This document shows, one piece after another, positions 1 to 9,233 of a stretch of 32,000 nucleotides of DNA. The DNA comes from Synechococcus sp. A15-28. GTDB lineage: Bacteria > Cyanobacteriota > Cyanobacteriia > PCC-6307 > Cyanobiaceae. The position numbers and the translations under genes were made by a program. Where the stretch lies: positions 840,001 through 872,000 of the forward strand of contig NZ_CP047931.1 of NCBI RefSeq assembly GCF_014280175.1, given 5' to 3'. The stretch's first letter is position 1. Each line of letters opens with the position of its first letter. The notes under the pieces were generated by a model, which worked only from the letters and a program-made list of their open reading frames with translations, had not been told where the DNA came from and made no database searches.

Positions 1-142
1 CCCCAGCACAAGCATCAGCACGCTGCACAGCAGGAGGCGGGAGAGGGGGCGGAGCAGCTGCATCAGAGCCGGAGCAGATCGGTTCATTCTGCCTAGAGTC
101 CGATCCATCGGCGGCAGACCTCTGAGCGGCTTTACCAGACCG

Positions 143-721
143 TTGGCCCGGCTGATCGATCAGTTCGAGCGTCTGCCCGGCATCGGCCCCCGCACGGCCC
201 AGCGTCTCGCCCTGCACCTGCTCAACCAACCAGAAGAGCAGATCCGCCAGTTCGCCGATGCCCTGCTGGCGGCCCGCACCCAGGTGGGGCAGTGTCAGAC
301 CTGCTTTCATCTCTCCGCCGATCCGGAATGCGAGATCTGCCGCAACACGGAGCGCCGCAACGGCCTGATCTGTGTGGTGGCCGATTCCCGCGACCTGCTG
401 GCCCTGGAGCGCACCCGTGAATTTCAAGGCCGCTATCACGTGCTGGGTGGCCTGATCTCGCCAATGGATGGCGTCGGCCCGGAGTTGCTCAACGTGACCC
501 CACTGGTGGCGAGGATCAATCGCGAGGAGATCACAGAGGTGATCCTGGCGTTGACCCCCAGCGTGGAGGGGGACACCACCAGCATCTATCTGGCGCGCTT
601 GCTCAAACCGTTCTGTTCCGTCAGCCGCATCGCCTACGGCCTACCGATGGGCAGTGAGTTGGAGTACGCCGATGAGGTCACCCTCAGCCGGGCCCTGGAA
701 GGTCGTCGGCCGGTGGACTGA
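143..721 (+). CDS. recR: Recombination mediator protein RecR
   Basis: [24 protein letters not shown] motif, zinc-finger [16 protein letters not shown], Toprim-like [15 protein letters not shown] and [15 protein letters not shown]. The ORF starts at TTG, so the true start could lie upstream. Confidence 0.96.
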   Translation: MARLIDQFERLPGIGPRTAQRLALHLLNQPEEQIRQFADALLAARTQVGQCQTCFHLSADPECEICRNTERRNGLICVVADSRDLLALERTREFQGRYHVLGGLISPMDGVGPELLNVTPLVARINREEITEVILALTPSVEGDTTSIYLARLLKPFCSVSRIAYGLPMGSELEYADEVTLSRALEGRRPVD

Positions 722-821
722 ATTCACTGTTGCAACGCACACAACTTTCTGAAGAAAGTGGGGTGTTCCAGGCGACCGCGTCAGGGTTCCGTGATGATTT
801 CCTTGCCGGTGACATCGCTTC

Positions 822-839
822 GGGAGGGTGCACCCTCCC
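822..839. repeat. 18-nt perfect palindrome GGGAGGGTGCACCCTCCC in the recR-lipA spacer
   Basis: Direct reading: gggagggtg|caccctccc is its own reverse complement. Confidence 0.9.
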
Positions 840-851
840 TGGTTGCCGGCA

Positions 852-887
852 CCCCCCGCTGACAGTCCTCCCGCCAGAATCGGGGGG
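852..887 (+). promoter_or_regulatory. Possible lipA leader stem: CCCCCCG (852-858) can pair with CGGGGGG (881-887), next to the purine-rich RBS region
   Basis: Complementary 7-mers separated by 22 nt; the lipA ATG is at 901 with ggggggaagagg just upstream. Confidence 0.4.
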
Positions 888-900
888 AAGAGGACGTGGA

Positions 901-1800
901 ATGAGCAAATACAGCAGCATGGCCCCGACGGAGCGACTGCCGGAATGGCTGCGGCGACCGATCGGAGATGCATCGGCTCTGGAACGGGTGCAGGGATTGG
1001 TCAAGCAGAACCGCCTGCACACCATCTGCGAGGAAGGGCGCTGCCCCAATCGCGGTGAGTGTTATGCCGCCGGGACGGCCACATTCCTGTTGGGTGGTTC
1101 GATCTGTACCCGCAGCTGTGCCTTCTGCCAGGTGGAGAAAGGCCAGGCGCCGATGGCTGTTGACCCTGCCGAGGCGCAGCGGGTGGCTGATGCGGTGGAG
1201 GCGATGCAGCTGAGATACGTGGTGCTGACGGCCGTTGCCCGCGATGACCTGGCCGATCACGGTGCCACCTTGTTCACCACAACGATGGCGGCGATCCGCG
1301 CCCGCAATCCTTTGATTGCCATCGAGGTGCTGACGCCGGATTTCTGGGGTGGGGTCCCCGATCGCAATCAGGCCATGGCGGCGCAACGAGAGCGGTTAGC
1401 CACGGTGCTGGCGGCGGAACCGGTTTGTTTCAACCACAACCTGGAAACGGTCCAACGCCTGCAGGGCGAGGTTCGGCGTGGTGCCACCTATGAGCGTTCC
1501 CTGGGGCTGTTGGCGGCCTCCCGGGAGCTAGCACCTCACATTCCCACCAAATCAGGGCTGATGCTGGGGCTGGGTGAGAGCCGTGATGAGGTGATCGCCG
1601 CGATGCGGGACCTAAGGGCTGTGGATTGTCAGCGCCTCACCCTGGGTCAGTACCTGCGTCCGTCCTTGGCGCACATTCCCGTGGACCGCTACTGGACGCC
1701 GCAGGAGTTTGACGAACTTGGGGCCGTGGCCCATGAGCTCGGTTTTGCCCAGGTGCGCAGTGGCCCGCTGGTGCGCAGCAGCTATCACGCTGCCGATTGA
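901..1800 (+). CDS. lipA: Lipoyl synthase (radical SAM)
   Basis: [13 protein letters not shown], radical [56 protein letters not shown]. Start placed at the internal ATG 901 ([19 protein letters not shown]) rather than 730. Confidence 0.96.
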   Translation: MSKYSSMAPTERLPEWLRRPIGDASALERVQGLVKQNRLHTICEEGRCPNRGECYAAGTATFLLGGSICTRSCAFCQVEKGQAPMAVDPAEAQRVADAVEAMQLRYVVLTAVARDDLADHGATLFTTTMAAIRARNPLIAIEVLTPDFWGGVPDRNQAMAAQRERLATVLAAEPVCFNHNLETVQRLQGEVRRGATYERSLGLLAASRELAPHIPTKSGLMLGLGESRDEVIAAMRDLRAVDCQRLTLGQYLRPSLAHIPVDRYWTPQEFDELGAVAHELGFAQVRSGPLVRSSYHAAD

Positions 1801-2306
1801 TACCAGCCCCGCAGGCTGCGCTCCAGCACCTGCTCCACCGAACCGCTCATCAGCGCACCGGCGCCCCCCCACACCATCCGCAACGGCAGATCCCAAAGGG
1901 CGGCTGCCACATCCCGCTCCTGCTGAAACCCGCGCTGGCGGAAGTACCGCACCAGCCGGCGGTGCTGACGATCGTCATCGCGGATCGCCAGCAGCCAGGC
2001 TCTGCGGCAGGGGGTGGCCTCCAGGGCCCAGGCCATGGTCGCGGCCCAGACCAGATCACCCACGCCAGCAGAGGCTTGGGGAACCACGCGCATGGTGTCC
2101 AGTTGCAGGCCACGGCTGGCGCCATAGGCCCAACCTTTCATCTCACCCAGCAGTTGCGCTGTGCCCGTCGGCCCCGGGCAGGCCACCACCAGCCGCAGGC
2201 TCCAGAGCCCCAACGGGCGCCCCACCTGCAGCCGCAGCAGCCATCCCCGCGCGCGGGCCTGCACTTCCAGCTGCTCGAGCAGGGATGGCGATGGTGCAGG
2301 GCTCAT
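1785..2306 (-). CDS. Conserved-looking hypothetical protein (173 aa)
   Basis: Long ORF filling the gap between lipA and the GST gene. Its start overlaps the end of the upstream gene by 4 nt (2303-2306). Confidence 0.7.
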   Translation of the reverse strand: MSPAPSPSLLEQLEVQARARGWLLRLQVGRPLGLWSLRLVVACPGPTGTAQLLGEMKGWAYGASRGLQLDTMRVVPQASAGVGDLVWAATMAWALEATPCRRAWLLAIRDDDRQHRRLVRYFRQRGFQQERDVAAALWDLPLRMVWGGAGALMSGSVEQVLERSLRGWYQSAA

Positions 2307-3262
2307 CGTTGGCTCACCTTCCGCACGGCCTTGAGTGGTATGGGGCCGTACAGATGCGGAAAGAGTTCACCGGAGGGTATGGCGTCGGCCCGTAGGGGGG
2401 CATTCACCAGGGCCGGATCGATCTCCAGCAACAGCACATCGCCGGCATCGGCATAGAAGCGGTCGTAGGTCGGCTCCACCTGTTCACGCCAGGAACAGTG
2501 AATGAAGCCCACCTGTTCGAGCATCAGCGCCCTGGTGGAGACCCGGTACTCCCCTTGGTTCTGGGCCTGATGCCAATCCGAAGCGAGGGCCAGATGGAAG
2601 AGGGGTTGATCCGTTGGAACAGCGATGGCATCGGCGGGGAACAGGGGCTGCAGGCCGCCGGAATCCCAGGGATCGGCGCGCTGCATCAGTCGCTCGAACC
2701 CAGGAGCTTCCAGGAAGTGATTCAGCCAGCCACGCAATGGCTCCAGCTCAGGGTCAGCATCGAATCCCTGGGGATCTGCGATGCGCCACTGGCGCACGAA
2801 GGGCCACAGGGCTGCGTCGGCCAACCCCATCCGCTCACCGGTCAGCCAGCCGGTTTCACGGATGCGCGCACTCCAACCCCTGAGGATTGACAGCCCCTCC
2901 CGCTGGTGGACGGATGGATCCGCCCCTGGATAGCGGTCGCTGTACTTGAAGCGATCGAGGTGATGTTTGAACCCATCGTCGTTCTGCCGCAGCCAGGGAT
3001 CCGGATCACCTGCACCCAGACAGTCCCTGGGGTCCGCCTGCGCAAGGGCCCAATGCATCAGCTCGAGGCTTTCCTCGATCACCGTGCCATCGGCGAGCAC
3101 CAGCACCGGCACCGTGCCCTTGGGTGAGGCTTCAACCATGGCGGCGGGTTTGGCGCGCAGCTCGATCTCGCGCCACTGCACCAATAACCCTGCTTCCAAC
3201 AAGGCCCAACGTGCCCGCATGGCGTATGGGCATCGCCGGAAGCTGTAGAGGATCGGCAGCAT
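2303..3262 (-). CDS. Fusion of an N-terminal glutathione S-transferase-like region with a C-terminal DUF952-like domain
   Basis: N-term LYSFRRCPYAMRARWALLEAGLLVQWREIEL...SPKGTVPVLVLADGTVIEESLEIM-like GST fold (CPYAMR, GTVPVL, ES). C-term FHLALASDWHQAQNQGEYRVSTRALMLEQVGFIHCSWREQVEPTYDRFYADAGDVLLLEIDPALV...FPHLYGPIPLKAV matches the DUF952 pattern. Confidence 0.88.
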   Translation of the reverse strand: MLPILYSFRRCPYAMRARWALLEAGLLVQWREIELRAKPAAMVEASPKGTVPVLVLADGTVIEESLELMHWALAQADPRDCLGAGDPDPWLRQNDDGFKHHLDRFKYSDRYPGADPSVHQREGLSILRGWSARIRETGWLTGERMGLADAALWPFVRQWRIADPQGFDADPELEPLRGWLNHFLEAPGFERLMQRADPWDSGGLQPLFPADAIAVPTDQPLFHLALASDWHQAQNQGEYRVSTRALMLEQVGFIHCSWREQVEPTYDRFYADAGDVLLLEIDPALVNAPLRADAIPSGELFPHLYGPIPLKAVRKVSQR

Positions 3263-3320
3263 GAACTTGGCGTCGGAGTGTGGATGCGTTAAGCGTGGGG
3301 TCGAACGGTCTGATGCATTG

Positions 3321-3470
3321 ATGCGAGCCCTGGTTCCGATTGGACTGCTCGCCTGGATGGTGGGTCTGTTCGTGGCCCACCACCAGATTCACGCCGGTGG
3401 TTGTGTCACCGAAGCGCGCTGGGCATCCCAGAACGATGAGGTGTACGACCGTGAACTGGAGGTGAACTGA
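3321..3470 (+). CDS. Small hypothetical membrane-type protein (49 aa from ATG 3321; the ORF track opens at 3261)
   Basis: MRALVPIGLLAWMVGLFVAHHQIHAGGC...: hydrophobic N-terminus; the stop overlaps the next start (TGATG at 3468-3472). Confidence 0.45.
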   Translation: MRALVPIGLLAWMVGLFVAHHQIHAGGCVTEARWASQNDEVYDRELEVN

Positions 3471-3658
3471 TGGCCCGCAAGCGCATTTCCTTCCGGGATC
3501 CGGTCTGGTTGATTCCCATGGTGATCGTTGTCCTGGGCTGTTCCGTTCAGACCCTCCACATGCTGGAGCACGGTCGTTACTGCAAAACGGATGCTGAATG
3601 GAAGGCGTTCTACGACGCCAAGCCATCGGACTCAGAGGAGGAGTCCGACGACTTCTGA
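3470..3658 (+). CDS. Small hypothetical single-TM protein with acidic tail (62 aa)
   Basis: [62 protein letters not shown]; one hydrophobic segment; start coupled to the previous ORF. Confidence 0.55.
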   Translation: MARKRISFRDPVWLIPMVIVVLGCSVQTLHMLEHGRYCKTDAEWKAFYDAKPSDSEEESDDF

Positions 3659-4560
3659 TCCATCTGCCGTTGGCGCATGGCGAACCGTGCCCGGTCGCTT
3701 TCCGAGAAGCGGTCGATGCAATGGAGACACTGCACTCCCTTGATGTAACTCGGTAACGACCGCTGGTCGGGTGAAAGCGGCAGCCCGCAGGCGTGGCAGA
3801 GGCTGTGTTCTCCGGGTTCCAGCTGGTGGTTGACGGCCACCCGCTGATCGAACACAAAACATTCACCCCGCCAACGGCTGTCCTTCTCAGGAACCTGCTC
3901 GAGATAGTTGAGGATGCCGCCCCTCAGGTGATGCACTTCACCGAACCCCTGTTGTTGCAGGTAAGTGCTGGCTTTCTCGCAGCGGATGCCGCCGGTGCAG
4001 AACATGGCGATGCGCTTTGGGGCGGTGCCGTTCACCAGGGGGCGAAGCTCGCTTTCAGCCCATTGCGGAAAGTCGCGGAAGCTGTCGGTGCCGGGGTCGA
4101 TGGCACCGTCAAAACTGCCGATGGCAGTCTCGTAGTGGTTGCGGGTGTCGATCACCAGGGTGTCGGGGTCATCGACCAGGGCGTTCCAATCCTCGGGATC
4201 CACATAGGTGCCGACATTGATCCTGGGATCAACGCCTTCAACCCCCATGGTCACGATCTCTTTCTTGCGCCGGGCCTTGAAGCGACGGAACACCGACCGT
4301 TCCGCCCAGCTGCGCTTCACTGCCAACCGCTCGAAGTGGTGCTGTCCGAGGGTGAGCTGTCGCTGCAGGTGAGCGAGCAGGCTTTCCACCCCCGTTTCCG
4401 GACCACTGATCGTGCCGTTGACGCCTTCCTTGGCAACCAGAACTGAGCCGAGCACATCTTCTTCGCAAGCAAGCGGCGGCAAGGCGTTCAGCAAGGCCTC
4501 GCGCTGGTCGTCATCAAGGGGTGTGAAGGCGTAGAACGCCGCCACTAGCAAGCGGCTCAT
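3610..4560 (-). CDS. trhO: Rhodanese-domain tRNA uridine(34) hydroxylase TrhO (UPF0176/YceA family)
   Basis: [43 protein letters not shown], rhodanese loop [23 protein letters not shown], and the C-terminal CHACG...CLHC cysteines. Start set at the internal Met (4560), not 4698. Confidence 0.94.
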   Translation of the reverse strand: MSRLLVAAFYAFTPLDDDQREALLNALPPLACEEDVLGSVLVAKEGVNGTISGPETGVESLLAHLQRQLTLGQHHFERLAVKRSWAERSVFRRFKARRKKEIVTMGVEGVDPRINVGTYVDPEDWNALVDDPDTLVIDTRNHYETAIGSFDGAIDPGTDSFRDFPQWAESELRPLVNGTAPKRIAMFCTGGIRCEKASTYLQQQGFGEVHHLRGGILNYLEQVPEKDSRWRGECFVFDQRVAVNHQLEPGEHSLCHACGLPLSPDQRSLPSYIKGVQCLHCIDRFSESDRARFAMRQRQMDQKSSDSSSESDGLAS

Positions 4561-5534
4561 GCCGTGGTCTGGCACTCCTGCCAGTTGGCCTGAACCCCGG
4601 CGTCGGCGAGCAACTGACGGTCGGCCTCCACGTCCGGGTTGCCGGTGGTCAGCAGGACGTCGCCGTAGAAGATCGAATCGGCGCCAGCCTGCAGGCAAAG
4701 GATCTGGGCCTCACGGCTCATCGATTCACGGCCAGCGCTGAGCCGCACCCGCGACTGGGGCATCAGAATTCTGGCCGTGGCCACCATCCGCACCAGTTCC
4801 AGTGGTTCGAAGGGGGCTTGATCTTCCAGAGGGGTGCCCTCCACAGCCACCAGTCCATTGACGGGCACGCTTTCCGGGTGAGGGTTCATGGAGGCCAGCA
4901 CCTGCAGCATTGAGGCGCGATCCCGCAGGGTTTCCCCCATGCCGATGATGCCGCCGCAGCACAGGGTCACCCCGGCTCGGCGCACCCGCTGAAGGGTTTC
5001 CAGTCGTTCCTGATAGGTGCGGGTCGAGATGATCCGCTCGTAGTGCTCAGGGCTGGTGTCCAGGTTGTGGTTGTAGGCGGTGAGCCCCGCTTCCGCCAGC
5101 CGGTCCGCCTGCTGATCGGTGAGCATCCCAGCTGTCACGCAGGCCTCCATGCCCAGGTTCCGCACGCCCCGCACCATCGAGAGCATGGCTTCAAACGGAG
5201 CCCCATCGCGGATCTCCCGCCAGGCCCAGCCCATGCAGAAGCGATCGGCGCCGGCCTCTTTGGCGGCCCTGGCCCGTTGCAATACCGGCTCCACCTGCAT
5301 CTGAGCCTCGAAGGCCGTCACATCACTGCTGTTGTGGATCGATTGAGAGCAGTAGGCACAGTCTTCTTCGCAGCCGCCGGTTTTCACGCTCAGCAGGGAG
5401 GCCAGCTGCACCCGGTAGCCCGGGTTGGCGGCTCGGTGCACGGTCTGGGCCTGCCAGAGCAACTCCATCAGAGGCAGTTCCAGCAGCGCCTGGATTTCGG
5501 CGATGGTCCAGTCGTGGCGGATCGTGAGCGTCAT
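4557..5534 (-). CDS. bioB: Biotin synthase
   Basis: Radical [65 protein letters not shown]. Confidence 0.97.
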   Translation of the reverse strand: MTLTIRHDWTIAEIQALLELPLMELLWQAQTVHRAANPGYRVQLASLLSVKTGGCEEDCAYCSQSIHNSSDVTAFEAQMQVEPVLQRARAAKEAGADRFCMGWAWREIRDGAPFEAMLSMVRGVRNLGMEACVTAGMLTDQQADRLAEAGLTAYNHNLDTSPEHYERIISTRTYQERLETLQRVRRAGVTLCCGGIIGMGETLRDRASMLQVLASMNPHPESVPVNGLVAVEGTPLEDQAPFEPLELVRMVATARILMPQSRVRLSAGRESMSREAQILCLQAGADSIFYGDVLLTTGNPDVEADRQLLADAGVQANWQECQTTA

Positions 5535-6313
5535 GGCGTGAGTGGATCAAGGCCTCCGAAGCGGCGGGAGCGGCTCTGGAAATCGAGCAGGGCTTGTTTC
5601 AGGGCCTTCTCGTTGAAATCAGGCCAGAACACATCGGTCACGTGGATTTCGGCATAGGCCAGCTGCCAGAGCAGGAAGTTGCTGATCCGGTGTTCGCCGC
5701 TGGTGCGAATCAGCAGATCAGGATCCTGCTCGCCGGCGGTGAACAATTCCGCCGCCAGGCTGTTTTCATCGATGTCTTCGGGAGCCAGATCGCCGTTGGC
5801 GGCCTGGCGCGCCAAGCGCTGGGCCGCACGCACCAGCTCCCGCCGACCGCCGTAATTGGTGCAGACGTTGAAGTGAATGCCGCCGTTGCCGGCGGTTCGA
5901 TCCGTGGCATCGGAGATCAGCTCCTGCAATTTGAGCGGCAGGGCCTCCAGATCCCCAAGGAAACGAATGCGCACCTGCTCTTCCTCGAGGGTGCGCAACT
6001 CCCTCTGCAGCACCCGTTCAAACAGGGTCATCAGGAAATTCACCTCATCCCCTGGCCGAGACCAGTTCTCCGTTGAGAAGGCGTAAGCGGTGAGGGCACC
6101 AATACCCCAGTCACTGCAGAGCCGAAGGGTCGCCTTGAGCGCTTCCACTCCGGCGCGGTGACCCATCACCCGCGGCAGCCCCCTGGATTCCGCCCAGCGG
6201 CCGTTGCCATCCATGATCACGGCCACGTGCGCAGGCAACCGCTCGCGATCAAGCTCCGGCGGGCAGAACTTGGACGCAGTGAGGTCGTGGCTGGTGGCCG
6301 GTGGTCGGCTCAA
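5531..6313 (-). CDS. uppS: Isoprenyl transferase (undecaprenyl diphosphate synthase family)
   Basis: [90 protein letters not shown] start overlapping cdaA. Confidence 0.97.
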   Translation of the reverse strand: MSRPPATSHDLTASKFCPPELDRERLPAHVAVIMDGNGRWAESRGLPRVMGHRAGVEALKATLRLCSDWGIGALTAYAFSTENWSRPGDEVNFLMTLFERVLQRELRTLEEEQVRIRFLGDLEALPLKLQELISDATDRTAGNGGIHFNVCTNYGGRRELVRAAQRLARQAANGDLAPEDIDENSLAAELFTAGEQDPDLLIRTSGEHRISNFLLWQLAYAEIHVTDVFWPDFNEKALKQALLDFQSRSRRFGGLDPLTP

Positions 6314-7143
6314 GACAGCGATTCAGCCGATGAGTTCCCCACCGTACGTCGTGCTGGTGGCCTGGATTCCGCTGCGCTGAACAGTTCCCGCAGGAGCTCC
6401 TCCAGCCTGGAACTGGTGATGGGTCGTTCGAGTTTGCCCTGGTTGGACAGAGACAGGGTGCCGGTCTCTTCCGAAACAACGATGCAGATGCAGCGATCGA
6501 ACCGTTCTGTTATTCCGAGAGCTGCCAGATGTCTGGTTCCGTAGCGACTGACGCTGTGGCGGGAGAGCGGCAGGATCACGCCGGCTGCTTCAATCCGATT
6601 GCCGCGCACCAGAACAGCGCCATCGTGCAGCGGTGTGTCAGCGGCAAAGAGATTCAGCAACAGCTCGCGACTCAGTTGGGCACCGATCGCAACGCCTGGG
6701 TTGAGAAAGTCCTCAGGGCGTAAATCGCTGCCCATGTCGACAACGATCAGGGCTCCACGACGCTGCTGCGAAAGGCGACCCGCTGCCTCGGTGATCTGGG
6801 TCACGGTGCCGGCATTGCCCCGGAACTCCTTCTGTGGATTGCCGAGCAACACGGCCAACCTGCCGGTGCCGAGCAGTTCCATCAGACGTCTCAATTCTCC
6901 CTGCCAGAGAATGGCCAACGACAATGAACAGGCCAGTACCAGCGCGTCGACCAGCTTCGACGTGAGCGGTAGGTCGGCATATCGCTGGACGAACCAGGCC
7001 AGGGATACCAGGAAGAGGTATCCCCTCAGCAACCACAGGGTTCGAGCTTCGTTGACCCTGGAGAACAGCAGAAAGCCGATGGCAGTGGCAAACAGAACGT
7101 CAAGGACCAGGCGCGGATCCACCACCGCCAGCACGTTCACCAA
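6310..7143 (-). CDS. cdaA: Membrane-associated diadenylate cyclase (DAC/DisA_N domain), c-di-AMP synthase
   Basis: N-terminal hydrophobic helices, then [50 protein letters not shown], and [16 protein letters not shown]. Confidence 0.93.
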   Translation of the reverse strand: MVNVLAVVDPRLVLDVLFATAIGFLLFSRVNEARTLWLLRGYLFLVSLAWFVQRYADLPLTSKLVDALVLACSLSLAILWQGELRRLMELLGTGRLAVLLGNPQKEFRGNAGTVTQITEAAGRLSQQRRGALIVVDMGSDLRPEDFLNPGVAIGAQLSRELLLNLFAADTPLHDGAVLVRGNRIEAAGVILPLSRHSVSRYGTRHLAALGITERFDRCICIVVSEETGTLSLSNQGKLERPITSSRLEELLRELFSAAESRPPARRTVGNSSAESLS

Positions 7144-7161
7144 GCCAACTTCATACTGATA

Positions 7162-8541
7162 TCAAAGTAACGCTCTGAACCTGTCTGGCAGGACGTCGTA
7201 GCGCAGCAGATCATCCGGCTGCTCCCGCTTCTGCACGAGTTCGGAACTGCCGCCCTTCACCACCACGGCTGCTGGTCGCGGGATCCGGTTGTAGTTGGAG
7301 CTCATTGATGCGTTGTAAGCGCCGGTGGAGAACACGGCGACGATGTCTCCGCTGCGGGTGGTGGGCATCGGCAGATCCTTCAGCAGCACATCACCGGATT
7401 CGCAGTGCTTACCCACCAGATTCACAGTCTCTTCCGCAGGGGCCAGCGGACGGTCGGCCAGACAGCAGGTGTACAGGGATTGGTAGGTAATCGGTCTGGG
7501 GTTGTCACTCATGCCACCGTCGACGGCAACGTAGGTGCGAATGCCGGGGATGGTCTTGCGGGAGCCCACGGTGTAAAGCGTGACCCCGGCGGTGGCGACC
7601 AGGGAACGCCCCGGCTCACACAGCAATCTGGGCAGCTCCAATTGCCGATCGCGGCAGGCCGCTGTGACGGCCTCGGCCACCACCTTCACCCATTGCTCGA
7701 TGGTCGGCGGATCGTCTGAGGCCACATAGCGAATTCCAAGGCCACCCCCCACATTCAGGTCTTCCACGGGATGACCCATGTCTCGGGCCAGCTTGAAGGC
7801 ATCGGCCATGACCGCTGCCAGGTCCCGATGCGGCTCCAGTTCGAAAATCTGGGAGCCGATGTGGGCGTGGAGGCCGGTGAGTTTCGCCCAGGGTTGATCA
7901 ACCAACTGTCGAAGCACCGACTCCAGCAGGTCGGGATCAAAGCCGAATTTGCTGTCCAGGTGACCGGTTTGGATGTACTCGTGGGTGTGGCATTCGATGC
8001 CGGGGGTGAAGCGCAGCATCAGCCGGGCTGGCGGGCTGCCGGCGGGCACCAGCTCCGCCAATCGATCCAGATCGTGCTGGTTGTCGACGACGATCGTGAC
8101 GTTGTTGTTGTAGGCGAGCAGGAGCTCGTCGTCGCTCTTGTTGTTGCCGTGCAGCACCATCCGTTCGCCGGGCACGCCCCCCTGGAAAGCCGTCAGGAGT
8201 TCGCCGGCAGACACCGCGTCGAGGCCAAGGCCCTCGGAGGCGGCAATGCTGCTCATCAGCAGTGAGCTGTTGGCTTTGGAGGCGTAAATCGGCAGGGAGG
8301 GACCGGGGTAGTGCTGCTTCAGGGCATCCCGATAGGCCCTACAGGTGCCTCGCACCGTCTCCTCATCCAGCACGTAAAGGGGTGTGCCGTAGCGCTGGGC
8401 AAGGTCGCTCAGAAGGCACCCACCCACCATCAGCCGATCGTTGTCATCCAGATCGGTGGTGACCGGCGCCAGGTTGCGGTTGGGACTGGCGGTATCTCGG
8501 TCCGCTTCGAAGGGCTTCTGGCTGGCGATGGCTTGGGTCAC
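7162..8541 (-). CDS. lysA: Diaminopimelate decarboxylase
   Basis: TPLYVLDEETVRGTCRAY, PLB-binding YASKANSS, FTPGIECHTHEYIQTGHLDSKFG, GLHAHIGSQIFE, NVGGGLGIRY, EPGRSLVATAG, GKHCESGD, FSTGAYNASMSSNYN. Confidence 0.96.
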   Translation of the reverse strand: MTQAIASQKPFEADRDTASPNRNLAPVTTDLDDNDRLMVGGCLLSDLAQRYGTPLYVLDEETVRGTCRAYRDALKQHYPGPSLPIYASKANSSLLMSSIAASEGLGLDAVSAGELLTAFQGGVPGERMVLHGNNKSDDELLLAYNNNVTIVVDNQHDLDRLAELVPAGSPPARLMLRFTPGIECHTHEYIQTGHLDSKFGFDPDLLESVLRQLVDQPWAKLTGLHAHIGSQIFELEPHRDLAAVMADAFKLARDMGHPVEDLNVGGGLGIRYVASDDPPTIEQWVKVVAEAVTAACRDRQLELPRLLCEPGRSLVATAGVTLYTVGSRKTIPGIRTYVAVDGGMSDNPRPITYQSLYTCCLADRPLAPAEETVNLVGKHCESGDVLLKDLPMPTTRSGDIVAVFSTGAYNASMSSNYNRIPRPAAVVVKGGSSELVQKREQPDDLLRYDVLPDRFRALL

Positions 8542-8597
8542 GTCGGGCCTGCGAAGAGGGCCAATGTAGGAATCGGACTGACCCAGGCAGGTTCAGG

Positions 8598-9041
8598 GTG
8601 ACCGTCACCGATCTCGATTCCAGCTGGTTGGCCGCATGTCTTGGGCTGGATGAACGAGCTCTGAACGGGTTCTGGACTGTTCAGCAATGGCGCCGTGAGC
8701 TGGAGGATCCCCGTCGTCTCTGCCTCGGGCTGGTCAAGAACCAGCGGTTGTTGGGAGTGGCCTGCGGCTGGTTGGTCGTGGATGAACTGCACATCACCGT
8801 GGTGGCAGTGGATCCCGATGAGCGTCAACGGGGCCATGGCCGTTGTCTGCTGCTGGCGCTGTTGCAACGGGCACGACAGGACGGTGCGGCCCACGCCACC
8901 CTCGAAGTCAGCGATGACAACATCGCCGCCCTCGCCCTTTACAACCGCGCTGGTTTCCGAACCGCCGGTCGTCGGGAGGGTTACTACAGAGACGGTTCCG
9001 ACGCCCTCATTCAATGGTGTCGGTTGACCCCCGAGGAGTAG
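8598..9041 (+). CDS. rimI: GNAT acetyltransferase, RimI-like (ribosomal protein bS18-alanine N-acetyltransferase)
   Basis: GWLVVDELHITVVAVDPDERQRGHGRCLLLALLQRARQ...ATLEVSDDNIAALALYNRAGFRTAGRREGYYRD: GNAT motif A and the RimI-like LEV...N..A..LY...GF..GRR..YY. Confidence 0.82.
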   Translation: MTVTDLDSSWLAACLGLDERALNGFWTVQQWRRELEDPRRLCLGLVKNQRLLGVACGWLVVDELHITVVAVDPDERQRGHGRCLLLALLQRARQDGAAHATLEVSDDNIAALALYNRAGFRTAGRREGYYRDGSDALIQWCRLTPEE

Positions 9042-9233
9042 CTCCGGTCGGCTTTTGGTGTTGTTCGGTTTCCCGTCCCTGGGAGACAAAAAAGAACGAA
9101 ATCTTTTTGATCTTGTTGTTAATTTTCTTCTGCGACAGGCCTGTACCCGACTGGAAAGTGACCGAACCGACCGAACACTCGCATCGGCCTCACAGTCCTG
9201 ATAGCTTGGTCACACTTACGTATCGGCCTCGCG

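Noticed and set aside
730-900. N-terminal 57-aa extension of lipA in the ORF track
   Set aside because: The translated extension ([16 protein letters not shown]...) is unlike LipA N-termini and covers the hairpin-rich spacer; the ATG at 901 has a purine-rich RBS.
3132-3866. Minus-strand 244-aa ORF
   Set aside because: Shadow frame overlapping GST-DUF952, the small ORFs and trhO; no family signal and high-GC compositional artefact.
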